Shown: piece after piece, positions 10,606 to 22,317 of the stretch
How positions within the stretch are numbered: position 1 is the first letter of the stretch
Layout of the letters: every line of letters starts with the position of its first letter
Assembly: GCF_004010195.1 (NCBI RefSeq)
Contig: NC_057752.1
Location: 3,539,065-3,584,618, forward strand
From: Chiloscyllium plagiosum
Taxonomy: Eukaryota
Direction of reading: 5' to 3'
DNA length: 45,554 nt
The notes under the pieces: generated by a model
Seen by the model: the letters and a program-made list of their open reading frames with translations, nothing else
Database searches by the model: none
What the model was told of the DNA's origin: nothing
Translations under genes and position numbers: made by a program

Positions 10606-11532
10606 TTTATCTCAAGCCTACTACAATACTTCCTAAGAGCAACTAGCACAAACCCTGCACCTCTCAGCATTAAACCAGTTGGTGCATTTACCCACCGGCC
10701 TGTGGAGGAATCAATGAAAATTGATGCCAAAACGAAAGAAAAATGAAACACACTGGAAACACACAGAGCAGCAGGTGAGGTGATGCATCGAGGCTGCAGC
10801 ATGCGGGAGTGCCTGGATACCATTGTGATCCAGAGCAAGTCCATCCACAGGAAGTTGGAGCAGATGTGTTGGCTGCACAGTGGCAAGGTTCAGGACATTT
10901 ACTCAGGGTTGGATAGGAACTTGGAATGGGAGGGGCAGGACCCAGTGGTCATGGTCCATATAGGTACCAAGAACATCGGCAGAACTAGGCACTAAATTGA
11001 AAGGCAGAGTCTCAAAGGTTAAAATCTCTGGATTATCACCTTAGCCACATGTAAACTGGAAGAGGGTACATCACGTTAGAGAGATGAACATGTAGTTCAG
11101 AGTTTGGCCTGAGAGAAGTGGACTCTGGGATGTGGGCACTGGTACCAGTACATGAGAAAGTCAGGGGGTGCTGTATCATTGGGATGGTCTACACCTGAAC
11201 CATGCTAGGGCCAAGGTTATTGGAGCCATATTCCAGGGAAGCTGAGATATGGGGCAAGGGATCAAACTTGGAAAATTGTGGTGTATCAAAGTAAGAGAGG
11301 AAATTAGGAATATGGGAAATGGGAGTCAGGGAGGGGCAGCGAAAATAAACCGAGGAATACTCTGACAATCAAGGCTAGATGTGACAAAGATAACAAAACA
11401 GATACATCTCAAGACTCTGTATCTGAATTTGCATAACGATCATAACAAAGTGAACAACTTGGCAGTGCACATTGAAGTAAATAACTACAATCTGATCACC
11501 TTTACAGACACATGGCTGCAGGTTGACAAAGT

Positions 11533-11619
11533 TTAGATCAGAGTGGTGCTGGAAAAGCACAGCAGGTCAGGCAGCATCCAAGGAGCAGGAAAATCGATGT
11601 TTCGGGCAAAAGCCCTCCA
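11533..11619 (-). mobile_element. Penelope-derived mini-element, family 1, with 15-bp TSD
   Basis: gcaggttgacaaagt at 11518-11532 and 11620-11634. The element ends at HHR stem II. Confidence 0.88.
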
Positions 11620-11754
11620 GCAGGTTGACAAAGTCTGAGTCCTGAATATTGAGGGATACGTGACATTTGAGAACAGGAAGCGATGTTAAGGAGGAAGGTG
11701 TTAATCGAGGATGGCATTTGTGTAATAAGTAGAGATGGCCTTGATTCTGGACAT

Positions 11755-11972
11755 AGGTAAAAACAATGACTGCAGATGCTGGAAACCAGATTCTGGATCA
11801 GTGGTGCTGGAAGAGCACAGCAATTCAGGCAGCATCCGACGAGCAGCAAAATCGACGTTTCGGGCAAAAGCCCTTCATCAGGAATAAAGCTTGAAAGGCT
11901 TTTGCCCGAAACGTCGGTTTTGCTGCTCGTCGGATGCTGGCTGAATTGCTGTGCTCTTCCAGCACCACTGAT
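11755..11972. mobile_element. Fold-back mini-element, family 1, with 15-bp TSD
   Basis: cttgattctggacat at 11740-11754 and 11973-11987; ~75-bp inverted arms with the axis at ~11885-11895. Confidence 0.9.
11850..11886 (-). ncRNA. Minimal hammerhead ribozyme motif with intact core
   Basis: Minus strand: TATTC-CTGATGA-A-GGGC-TTTT-GCCC-GAAA-CG-TC-GATT (GUC triplet); stem I is weak. Confidence 0.75.
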
Positions 11973-12075
11973 CTTGATTCTGGACATCCCAAACCCAATG
12001 GAAAATCTGTTTTGGATGGAGTTAAGGAACAGGAAGTGAAATAAGTCACCACAGGCACTCTAACAGTAACCATAA

Positions 12076-12428
12076 TTTTTTTTTATCCATTCATGGGATG
12101 AGGGTGTCACAGGCTGGGCCAGCATTTATCGCCCATCTTTAATTGCCCAGAGGGCAGTTAAGAGTCTCCCATATTGCTGTGGGTCTGGAGTCACATGTAG
12201 GCCAGACCAGGTAAGGACGGCAGTTTCCTTCCCTAAATTAGTGAACCAGATCGGTTTTTCCCCAACAATCAACAACGGTTTCATGGTCATCATTAGACTC
12301 TGAATTCCAGATTTTGAATTGAGTTCAAATTCCATCAGCTGCCATGGCGAGATTCAAACCCAGGTGCCCAGAAAATTGCCTGGGTCTCTGGATTAATAAT
12401 CCAGCAACGGAACCATCAGACCACTGCC
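12076..12428 (-). mobile_element. MetaSINE-like SINE
   Basis: Reverse complement contains ctggttcactaa...tttagggaaggaaactgccgtccttacctggtctggcctacatgtgactccagacccacagc; same family as 36425-36725. Confidence 0.8.
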
Positions 12429-12430
12429 TA

Positions 12431-12535
12431 ACCAACCTGTTCAGAGATGGTATTATACATCGCTGGAGCAGGCAGGACTTGAACCCAGGTCTCTCCGCTC
12501 CGAGGTAGGAATATTACCACTGCACCACAAGAGCC
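12431..12535 (-). mobile_element. Short tRNA-derived SINE
   Basis: Minus strand ggctcttgtggtgcagtggta (A box)...gggttcaagtcc (B box); no complete cloverleaf. Confidence 0.65.
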
Positions 12536-13026
12536 TGTCAACATACTGTGAAATATACAAGAAAAATCGGGTGCTTGTGATGAAGGGATGGCCGTAACCA
12601 TCGATGAGTGGCTATAGGCATAAAAATGTGAAGAAATCAGATTGGCAATAATAGCCAGGATGAAGAGTTCAGAAACTGCTTTCAAGGGAGCATGTGAGAG
12701 CAGCACGACAGCTCGGTCCTGGGCAGGGAGGGGGAATGGTGTTGAGGAAAAATCAGCCAATTACTATCGTGGACTCCTTCCTTCAAAGAAAGTGTCAGGG
12801 ACGATGAGATTGGGTGATGACATCATGATGACTAACATGAGGAGAAAATCCCACAGAGACATGAAGGGAAGAGAAAATATAACACTATGGTGAAGTAATC
12901 AGTGAGGAAGAATGACATAAAGCAGTTAGAAGGTCAACATTACTCCCTCTACCAAAACTGGCTCTTGCTATATTCAAAATGGCGCCAACATGGCAACAGC
13001 AACTACTGTACAAAGTGCTTTGGGAT

Positions 13027-13218
13027 TGTAGTGATTGGAACCAGGTGGACCTCATCGACTATGAGGTCATTGATTGTCCTTATTAACCTGGCTGACCCAT
13101 ACAACTAAGAGATGAGAATCTCCTCAGTTCAGGGGGACTGACTCAGAGCTGGCTGGAGTGCACTCATAAATAAAGAGTGACTTGGTGATGGGATACCGAC
13201 CTCTGTGCACTTAGTTCA
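13027..13218 (+). mobile_element. Putative short solo LTR (Gypsy-like)
   Basis: TG...CA termini, AATAAA near the 3' end, and a second homologous copy on the minus strand at 45078-45200. No clean TSD. Confidence 0.55.
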
Positions 13219-13221
13219 TGG

Positions 13222-14032
13222 AGTCCCTTCGATCCAACTTGTCCATGCCGAACAGATATCCTAAATTCATCTACTCTCATTTGCCAGCACTTGGCCTATA
13301 TCCCTCTAAGCCCTTCCTATTCATACACCCACCAGATGTCTTCTAACTGTTTTGATTTGGAGTTGCCGGTGTTGGACTGGGGTGGACAAAGTTAAAAATC
13401 ACACAACACCAGATTATAGTCCAACAGGTTTGTTTGGAAGCACTAGCTTTCTGAGCACTGCTCCTTCATCAGCTGGTTGTCCTCTGGCAGCTCATTCCAC
13501 ACATGCACCACCCTCTGTGTGAAAAGGTTGCCCCTTCCGCCCCTTTTATATCTTTCCCCGCTCACCCGAAACCTATGCCCTCTAGTTCTGGACTCCTCCA
13601 CCCCAAGGAAAAGACCTTGTCGATTCACCCTATCCATGCCCCTCATGATTTTATAAACCTCAATAAGGTCACCCCTCAGCCTCCGACGCTCCAGGGAGAA
13701 CAGCCCCAGTGTATTCAGCCTCTCCCTGTAGCTCAAACCCTCCAACACTGGCAACATCCTTGTAAATCTTTTCTGAACCCTTTCAAGTTTCACAACATCC
13801 TTCATATAGCAGGGAGACCAGAACTGAACACAGTATTCCAAAAGTGGCCTCACCAATGTCCTGTATAGTCGCAACATGACCTCCCAACTCCTGGACTCAA
13901 TGCACTGACCCATAATGCATAGCAAATGCCTTCTTCACCACTCTACCTGCGACTCCACTTTCAAGGAATAAGGTGTCTTTGTTCAGCAACACTCCCCAGG
14001 ACCTTACCTTTAAGTGTAGAAGCCCTGCCCCA
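13222..14032 (-). mobile_element. CR1/HER1 LINE fragment with a family-2 HHR mini-element inserted at ~13353-13480
   Basis: ORF 13443-13925 (CR1 RT C-terminus). The insert matches 4577-4700. Confidence 0.92.
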
Positions 14033-14861
14033 ATTTCAGGGATGGTCCAAGTGATTTGGTGAAGTGGAGTTAAAATCAAAAGTATTTTCTCTCATTGTCT
14101 GTCAAAGACAGATGTCACATCTATCCAGGGTCAAACCTCCAGGCTGAATGGGTGGATGAATAAATCGGGAGATGGAATTATGCATTTCTGACAGACTACA
14201 AAAGCTACATTTGGACTTAAAATTGCCAGCTCATTCAGAATTGGATTTTCAATTTGATGAAATCAGGAAACGTCCGAAACATCATTCCGAAAAATCTCCT
14301 CATTGCCAACTTTAAATAATTTTAACCTAATTGGTGAACACTGCACCATAACTCACACGTTTCACCTCTGAGCTCCAGGAAACACTGTGTAGTAAATCAA
14401 AGCCACGAGTCATTCATCTCTTTAATGTAATTTTATCTTCCCAGAAAAGTAATTGGAATATAACGAATACATCAAATTTATTATCTTGCAGAGCCTAAGT
14501 ACAAGTCTGAAAATTAGCCAGAGTGAATGACAAGCAGGAGTTTGATTGGCTAATTCTTTTTTAGTGCAACTATTTTAAAACAGGTGACAAAATAAAGTTA
14601 GAAGGAAAGAAATGAAGGAAGAGTAACCAGAGAAGTATTGCACAGAAGTTCATTTTGGGTTACTGACTAGCTGTGTGTGTTATCTGTGCGCGAAATAGGA
14701 TCACAGAGTCAGACATCAGGGAAACAGACCCTTCGGCCCAACCAGCCCATGCTGACCATAATCCCAAACTATACTAGTCCCACCTGCCTGCTCTAGGCCC
14801 ATGTCCCTCCAAACCTTTCCTGTTCATGTCCTTATCCAAATGTCTTTTAAACGTTGTAACT

Positions 14862-15754
14862 CCACAGAACATCTTGACACAAAGAAAAGCTAAGTAAGAA
14901 TCCTACTCATTGACTACAATTCAGCCTTCAACACTATTATCCCTTTGAGACTGATTACTAAACTTAATGATCTCGAACTAAGCCCCACTCTCTGCAACTG
15001 GATCCTCAGTTTCCTGACCCACAGGCCACAATCAGTGAAGATTGGGGACAATATTTCATCGTCACTAACACTCAACACTGGAGCCCCCCAGGGGTGCATA
15101 CTCAGCCCCCTACTGTACTCACTGTATGCCCATAACTGCATCACCAAATACCAGACGAATGCCATTTACAAATTCGTTGATGACACCACCACAGTCAGTC
15201 GAATCTCAGATGGCGACGAAACAGACTACAGACGGGAGGTGGAAGACCTGGAAAAATGGTGCACTGAGAACAACCCAGCTCTCAATGCCGGCAAAACCAA
15301 GGAACTCATTATTGACTTTCGGCNNNNNNNNNNNNNNNNNNNNNNNNNNNNNNNNNNNNNNNNAGAGAGTGGTGAACTCAGCCCAGACAATCACAAAGGC
15401 CAACCTCCCATCTATAGAATCCATTTACCAGGCCCGCTGTCAAGGAAAGGCCGCCAGCATTCTCAAAGATCCATCCCACCCTGGTAATGTTTTTCTACGA
15501 CCTCTACCATCGGGGAGAAGGTACAGAAGCCTGAACACACCCACCAGCTGGTTTCGCAACAGTTTCTACCCTACTGTTGTTAGAATACTGAATGGACTCA
15601 CAAACATTCGCCTGTACCTGTGTTTTGTTTTTGCCGCTGTTTACCTATTATTTACTTATCTATGTTATTTAACTCTGTGACCTGCCTGTATTGCGCAAGA
15701 CAAAGCTTTTCACTGTGTCTCGGTACACGTGACAATAAATTCCATTCAATTCAA
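14862..15754 (+). mobile_element. Rex1/Babar-clade LINE, 5'-truncated
   Basis: DYNSAFNTI...[10 protein letters not shown]...[17 protein letters not shown]...KFVDDTT...[19 protein letters not shown]; (ATTCA)n tail. Confidence 0.9.
15324..15363. other. Assembly gap (40 N)
   Basis: Run of N. Confidence 1.
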
Positions 15755-17596
15755 TAACTGTCCCCACATCCACCACTTCCTCTGGAAGTTCATTCCACAC
15801 ATGAACCACTCTGTATAAAGAAAATTGACTCTCATGTCTTTTTTCAATCTTTCTCCTCTCACCTTAAAAATGTTGCCCCTAGTCTTGAAATCCCTCACCC
15901 TATGGAAGAGACACCTGCCATTAACCCTATCGATAGCTGTCATGATTTTATAAACTTCTGTAAGGTCACCTCTCAACCTCCTGCACTCCAGTGAAAAAGG
16001 TCCCGGCCTATCCAGCCTCTCCCCATAACTGAAACCTTCCATACCCAACAACATCCTGGTAAATCTCTTCTGAACCCTCTCCAGCTGAATAATATCCTTC
16101 CTATAACAGGGCGACCAGATCTGGACACAGTTACCAGAAGAGGCCTCACCAATATCCTGTACAACCTCAACATGACTCATCAACTCCTATACTCAATGAG
16201 CAGTGAGGACAAGTCTGCCCAAGGCCTTTTTAACCACTCTGTCTACATGTGCCGCAAACATTAAAGAATTACATACCTGCACCCCTTAGTCACAAACAGC
16301 ACTGAAACTAATCAACCTGCTAACTCCACAAAAAACAAATTGAGACTGCGCGTCAATATCTTTAAATCAGCTCGACACAGAATTTGGAAAGTACACTGAG
16401 TTCAATCTGAAACCATCCAAGCCCATCAATTTACCATATTCACATACAATTGACCCTTCTGAATGTTGAAACTTAACCTATCTTCCTACTTTACACATTT
16501 GTTGCGTGGGTGTGTGTAAACTCTTGAAAGAATGCGTGGGGGAAAATCAAAGCATTTTTATTTAAATTGAGTGTTAATGACAATAAATACTACTCTCTTT
16601 TGAAAATGCACAAGGAATCCTGTCTGTGTGGATCCTTTACAGTCACAGCGTTTAAACAGTTAAAACTTTTTTTCTAACCTCTTGTGGTCGAATGAGGAGT
16701 AGAAACTAAGGTCCCAGCCTGCCTTTCCTGACCTGACCAGAATAACCTCAAAGGGTGAATGCTCCACAAAGTCTTGCGTGGCCTCTAAAGAAAGTTGTTA
16801 TTATTTCTGACACGATGGGCTCATAGATTTAAACAGGGTCCCGTCCTTTAGCTTTGAGAGTCTACACCTTTACGAGCAAAATATATTAATGAAAAATATA
16901 TTGATCAGGACCAAACTCGTGATTTCATTAAATAAACACTCCTGGGAATGCTCCCAGAATTCATTCTTGAAAGAATTTGTACTTAGGAACCACAAGGTAA
17001 TAAATCTGATGCATTTGTTATATTCCAATTACTTTTCAGTGAAGATAAAATTACATCAAAGAGATGTATGAATTGTAGCTTTGATTTACTACACAACAGT
17101 TCCTAAGGCTCAGAAAGGTGAAGCTGGTGAGGCTTGATACAGCTCTCACCAATAAGCACAAATCTTGTTAAAAATTATTTAAAGTTGGCAATGATGAGAT
17201 TCTCTCGAATGACATTCAAGATGTTTCACAAACCCATCAAGTTGGAAACCCTGAGTCTGACTGTGCCCTCCATCACAGTTTCGAATGCGGCTTTTATTGT
17301 TTGTCAGAAATGCTTAATTCCGCCTCTCCATTTGTTAACTCATTCACCACATTCTCAATCAGGCCATTGACTTCCTCTCAATGCCACAAGGTTGAAGAAT
17401 GGCCCGGTATTACCTGCTCAGCAGCATCTAAAGAAAATCACAGTTTAATGGAAGTGGTTGTGTCTGTGGGGTAGCCCTCAATTTTGGGTGCTATTTTGTG
17501 CAAATGATTTTGGGACAGGGCAGTTCCCCATCAGTTCACAAGGTGCACAGAGGCTGTCGCGCACTCACGCTAACGGATGAATGTAGAAAAGGTAGC

Positions 17597-18030
17597 TTAA
17601 CCTATGAGGAACGTTTGAGGACTCTGGGTCTATACTCGGGAGTTTAGAAGGATGAGGGGGGATCTAATTGAAACATACAGAATACTGAATGGCCTGGATA
17701 GAGTGGGATGTTGTGAAGATGTTTCCATTGGTGGGAGAGACTGGGACCCCAGGGCACAGCCTCAGAGTAAAGGGAAGACCTTTTGGAACGGAGATAAGGA
17801 GAAACTTCTTCAGCCAGAGAGTGGGGAATCTGGGAAATTCATTACCACAGAAGGCTGGGGAGGCCAGGTCATTGGGTATATTTAAGACGAAGATAGGTTC
17901 TTGATTGCTAAAGGGATCAAGGGTTATGGGGAGAGCGCGGGAGAATGGGGTTGAGAAACGTATCAGCCATGATTGAATGGCGGAGCAAATGGGCTGAATG
18001 GCCTGATTTCTGCTCCGATGTCTTGTGGTT
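17597..18030 (+). mobile_element. CR1 LINE 3' fragment (different subfamily)
   Basis: MRGDLIETYRILNGLDRV; RRNFFSQRV..NSLPQKA. Confidence 0.9.
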
Positions 18031-18493
18031 TCAAAAGGAATATGTCAGGGGCTTCTAAGATGGCTTTTGCTCCACAGTATCACTGGAGCACAGAAGAGCT
18101 GCAGCCACCGTGAATTTACACTGGAGCAGACCACTCACGAGGCAGTCATAAACCCTCATGACACAGTTTCGACAGTGAAAGGACTGCGGAGGCTGTAAAT
18201 CAGAAATCACTGGGAAAAGGTCTGGCAGCATCTGTGGAGAGAAATCGGGATGAACCTTTCAGGTCCAGTAACTCTTCCTCAGAACTGGTGGTAGTTCAGA
18301 AAATGTCAGTTTAAATGCAGAAAATAGGGTCAACGGGGTGTGGGGGGGGGGGGGGGGGGTAGGGGGCAAGGAGTAAACAAGACGTAGGGACAGAGCTCCG
18401 AGAGAGAGAGAAGAACAGTTGGACAGACAATGGAGTGGATAACGATCTGGCTTGGAGGGTGAATAGCTGTTAATGGGGACTGATAGTGGCTAA

Positions 18494-18528
18494 CACCTGA
18501 TGAAGGAGCAGCGCTCCGAAAGCTAGTG
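18494..18528 (+). ncRNA. Minimal hammerhead ribozyme, family 2, intact; 5' end of mini-element 18494-18613
   Basis: CAC-CTGATGA-A-GGAGC-AGC-GCTCC-GAAA-GC-TA-GTG; palindromic AGCT; predicted cleavage after A18525. Confidence 0.8.
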
Positions 18529-19011
18529 CTTCCAATTAAACCTGTTGGACTATAACCTGGTGTTGTGGGATTTTTAACTTTGTCCACCCCAGTCCAACAC
18601 CAGCATCTCCACATGGGCTGTGTGTAATAGTGGACAATATGGTAACAAGTGTTTGGGGTTGGGACATGGTAGCCTTCCAGACTCAATAATCGAGTTCAAT
18701 AACTTTAGGGTTTGAGCTCTCCCCGTCCCTACCCCAATCCCCAAAACCCAAGCATTGTTTATCACACAGTCTGCTATTACACACAACCCATTGTTAGTCA
18801 CTAACAGTCCCACCCTCCCAGCTACTCACCCTCCCAGCCAGATTGTTATCCACTCCCTTGTCTGTTCAACTGTTCTTCTCTCTCTCTTTGGGGTCTATCC
18901 CCACCTATCATTTACTCCTTGACCTTATCTTCTGCATATAAACCGACATTTTCTCAGCTAGTATCAGTTCTGAGGAACGGTCACTTGACCCGAGTTGTTA
19001 ACTGATTTCAT

Positions 19012-19842
19012 TAGAACATTCCAACATTCCAGCGCAGTACAGGCCCTTCGGCCTTAGATGTTGCCCTGACCTGTGAGCGCAATCTAAAGCCTGAAGAAGG
19101 GCTTATGCCCAAAACATCGACTCTCCTGCTCCTTGGATGTTGCCTGACCTGCTGTGATTTTCCAGCACCACACTCTCGACTCTGGTCTCCAGCATCTGCA
19201 GTCCTCACTTCCTCCTCAAGCCCATCCGTAGTACACTATTCCATTATCATCCATATGACTATCCAATGACCATTTAAATGCCCTTAAAGTTGGAAAGTCT
19301 ACTCCTGTTGCAGGCAGGGCATTCCATGCCCCTACCAGTCTGAGTAAAGAACCTACCTCTGACATCTGTCCTGTATCTATCATCCCTCAGTTTAAAGCTC
19401 TGTCCCTTCGTGCTAGCCATCACCATCTGAGGAAAAAGGCTCTCCCTGTCCACCCTATCTAATCCACCGATCATCTTGTATGTCTCTATTAAGTCACCTC
19501 TCAACCTTCTTCTCTCTAACGAAAACAGCCTCAAGTCCCTCAGCCTTTCCTCATACAACCTTCCCTCCATATCAGGCAACATCCTAGTAAATCTCCTCTG
19601 CCCCCTTTCCAATGTTTCCACATCGTCCTATAATGCAGTGACCAGAACTGTATATAATACTCCAAGTGCGGCCGCACCAGACTTTTGTACAGCTGCAACA
19701 TGACTTCATGGCTCCGAAACTCAATCCCTCCACCAATAAAAGCTAACACCTTCTTAACAACCCTATCAACCTGGGTGGCAACTTTCAGGGATCTATGCAC
19801 ATGGACACTGCGATCTCTCTGCTCATCCACACTACCAAGAAT
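19012..19842 (-). mobile_element. CR1 LINE fragment containing a family-1 mini-element at 19091-19217
   Basis: ORFs 19274-19621 and 19540-19887. The insert begins at ctgaagaagggcttatgccc and is flanked by aagcc. Confidence 0.9.
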
Positions 19843-19949
19843 CTTCTCTCCATAGATGCTACCAGATCGGCTGAGCTTTTCCAGCAATTTCTGTTTTTGT
19901 CTCTGATGTGCAGATCTGCAGTTCTTTCTGCTCTCATATCTATTTAGGC

Positions 19950-20205
19950 TGCTTCGATATCCTGGTGTCCTGAATTCAGATCTTCCCTCTGTATTGTGCT
20001 AATATCATTGTTAATTAATAGTGACATTATTCCACCCTTTCCTCACTCCAGGCCCTTCCTAAATGTCAATGTCCAGGTCCCAAAATGGGTCATCCTGCAG
20101 CCAGATCTCAGTAACGACTACTAGATCATATTTACTTACCTCAATTTGTACCACTACCTCAGCTGTTTTGTGTTGAATGCAACATTCATCCAAAGATAGT
20201 GCCAT
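19950..20205 (-). mobile_element. Old CR1 ORF2 APE N-terminal remnant
   Basis: QIEVSKYDLVVVTEIWLQDD. Confidence 0.75.
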
Positions 20206-20679
20206 AAGGTTTGTGCTTTTATGAGTGTTGTAACCTCTTGTCTTATCTAATCTCATCTAAGATTGGCAAGGTGTTGCATCAAGATATCATATACTAGATG
20301 CCAATTCTTTATAATAGGTACTTGCCATGAGGAGATTTCTTTTTAAGATCAATCTGTTCATAAATATTAATGAAAGTTGACTGAAGTAAGTATGATTTGC
20401 ACTTCGGGCCCAGATACTATAACTGCACAAGAACCCATACTCCATGGGTCCCTTCTTAAAGTCATTACATTCTGCAGCACAGAACGTGGCCATTGAGTCC
20501 ATGCAACTGTGCTAGCCTTTTGAAAGAGCTATCTAATCTATCCGCACTCCTCCACCCTTGCTAATAGTGCTGCTACGTTTTGCCCTTGAATGATCAATCC
20601 AAGTCCGTTCCAAAGGTTACTGTTGAGGCTGTTTTTGGCACCCTTTTGGGCATTGCATGCCACTCAATAGTCAACCTTT

Positions 20680-21562
20680 CTCGAGAGGCACAGAGCTTTA
20701 CAGCTCATTGTGTCCATGCCCGTCATCACACACCAGTTATCAAGCAGCGATCTACTCTCGTCCCATTTCCCAGCACTTGGCCTTCAGCCTTGAGTGTTAT
20801 GGCTTTAAGTGTTGATGTAAATATGACTTCAATGTTGGGATTGTTCCCACCTCTACCAGCCTCTCGGGCAGGGAGTCCCAGATATCCACCAGCCACTGGG
20901 TGGAAGACCTCTTCCGTACCTCCCCTCTGAACCTTCTGCCTGTTACCTTAAAGCTGTGCCCCTTAGTTATTGACCCCTCTACAAGGGGAAGAGTTTCTCC
21001 CTACCTACTCTGTCTATGCCCCTCACAATGTATAGAGTCGTACAGCACGGAAACAGACCCTTCAGTCCAACTCGTCCATGCCAACCAAGCTTTCCAAACT
21101 AAACTAGCCCCATTTGCCTGCGTTTGGCCCATATCCCTCTAAACCTCTTCTTCATGTACCTGTCCAAACGTCTTTTAAATGTTGCAACTGTATCTGCATC
21201 TATCACGTCCGCTGGCAGTTCATTCCACATACAAATCACCCTCTGTGCAAAGACTTTGCCCCTCAGGTCCCTTTTAAATCTTTCCTCTCTCATCTTAAAC
21301 CAAAGCCCTCTAGTTTATGAACTCCCCCACCCTGGGGAAAATACCATGGCTATTCATCTTATCAACATCCCTCATCATTTTATAAACCTCCATATGGTCA
21401 CCCCTCACCCTCCTACGCTCCACTGAAACATTTCCCGGCCTATCCAGTCTTTCCTTATAGCACAAACCCTCCAGTTCTGGTAATGTCCATGTAAATCTTT
21501 TCTGGACCCTCTCCAATTCAATAATATTCTTTCTACAGCAGGAGAACCAGAACTGTACACAG
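20680..21562 (-). mobile_element. Stacked CR1 3' fragments (20680-21030 older; 21030-21562)
   Basis: ERVQKRFTWTLPELEG...; FKRDLRGKVFAQRVICMWNELP. Confidence 0.85.
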
Positions 21563-21582
21563 TCGATCCTGTCTTATCATTT

Positions 21583-22317
21583 ACGAGGTGCTGCATTTTT
21601 GAAAGGCAAATCAAAGCAGGACTTATACACTTAAGGGTAAGATCCTGGGGAGTGTTGCTGAACAAAGAGACCTTGGAGTGCAGGTTCATAGCTCCTTGAA
21701 AGTGGAGTCGCAGGTAGATAGGATAGTGAAGGCGGCGTTTGGTATGCTTTCCTTTATTGGTCAGAGTATTGAGTACAGGAGTTGGGAGGTCATGTTGTGG
21801 CTGTACAGGATATTGGTTAGGCCACTTTTGGAATATTGCATACATTTCTGGTCTCCCTGCTGTAGGAAAGATTTTAAAATTGTAAGGGTGTTGGAGGGTT
21901 TGAGGTATAGGGAGAGGATGAATAGGCTGGGGCTGTTTTCCCTGGAGCGTCAGAAGCTGAGGGGTGACCTTATAGAGGTTTATAAAATCATGAGGGGCAT
22001 GGATAGGATAAATAGACAAGGTCTTTACCCCAGGGTAGAGGGCATAGTGAGAGGGAAAAGATTTAAAAGGGAAATAAGGGGAAACTTTTTCACACAGAGG
22101 GTGGTGTGTGTATGGAATGAGCTGCCAGAGGAAGTGGTGGAGGCTGGTACAATTACAACATTTAAAAGGCATCTGGATGGGTATATGAATAGGAAGGGTT
22201 TAGGAGGATATGGGTCAAATGCTGGCAAATGGGACTAGATTAATTTGGGATATCTGGTCAGCATGAACGAGTTGGACCGAAGGGTCTGTTTCCATGCTGT
22301 ACAGCTCTATGACTCAA
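21583..22317 (+). mobile_element. CR1/HER1 LINE 3' fragment
   Basis: ORF 21678-22238. Confidence 0.95.

Larger units (their letters stand above)
10790..12060 (+). mobile_element. Old CR1 LINE 5' half: ORF1 SGNH-esterase remnant plus ORF2 APE N-terminus, interrupted twice
   Basis: WEGQDPVVMVHIGTKNIG and LYHWDGLHLNH (esterase). From ~11408 LKTLYLN...IEVNNYNLITFTDTWLQ (APE), resuming at 11635 and 11988. Confidence 0.82.
14700..16290 (-). mobile_element. CR1 LINE fragment split by a Rex1/Babar insertion
   Basis: 3' part 14700-14861 continues at 15755-16290 (ORF 15746-16183). TAACT is duplicated at 14857-14861 and 15755-15759. Confidence 0.85.
18175..19930. mobile_element. Penelope-like element with inverted (fold-back) pLTR arms, hosting nested insertions
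   Basis: Minus arm 18175-18670; plus arm 18671-19010, resuming at 19843-19930. Homologous to 1035-1430 (end of the GIY-YIG ORF, UTR and HHR). HHR remnants at ~18255-18288 (-) and 18963-19006 (+, stem I atcagtt/aactgat). Confidence 0.85.

Noticed and set aside
12431..12535. Possible tRNA gene (also the HE1 heads)
   Set aside because: A and B boxes only, without a full cloverleaf; these are SINE heads.
14255..14284. tgatgaa...gaaacatc hammerhead-like string
   Set aside because: Lacks C3, proper stem II placement, the UH triplet context and the PLE tail.
16480..16746. Possible LTR 3' remnant (AATAAA and an ataac end)
   Set aside because: No 5' boundary, TSD or second copy in the window.
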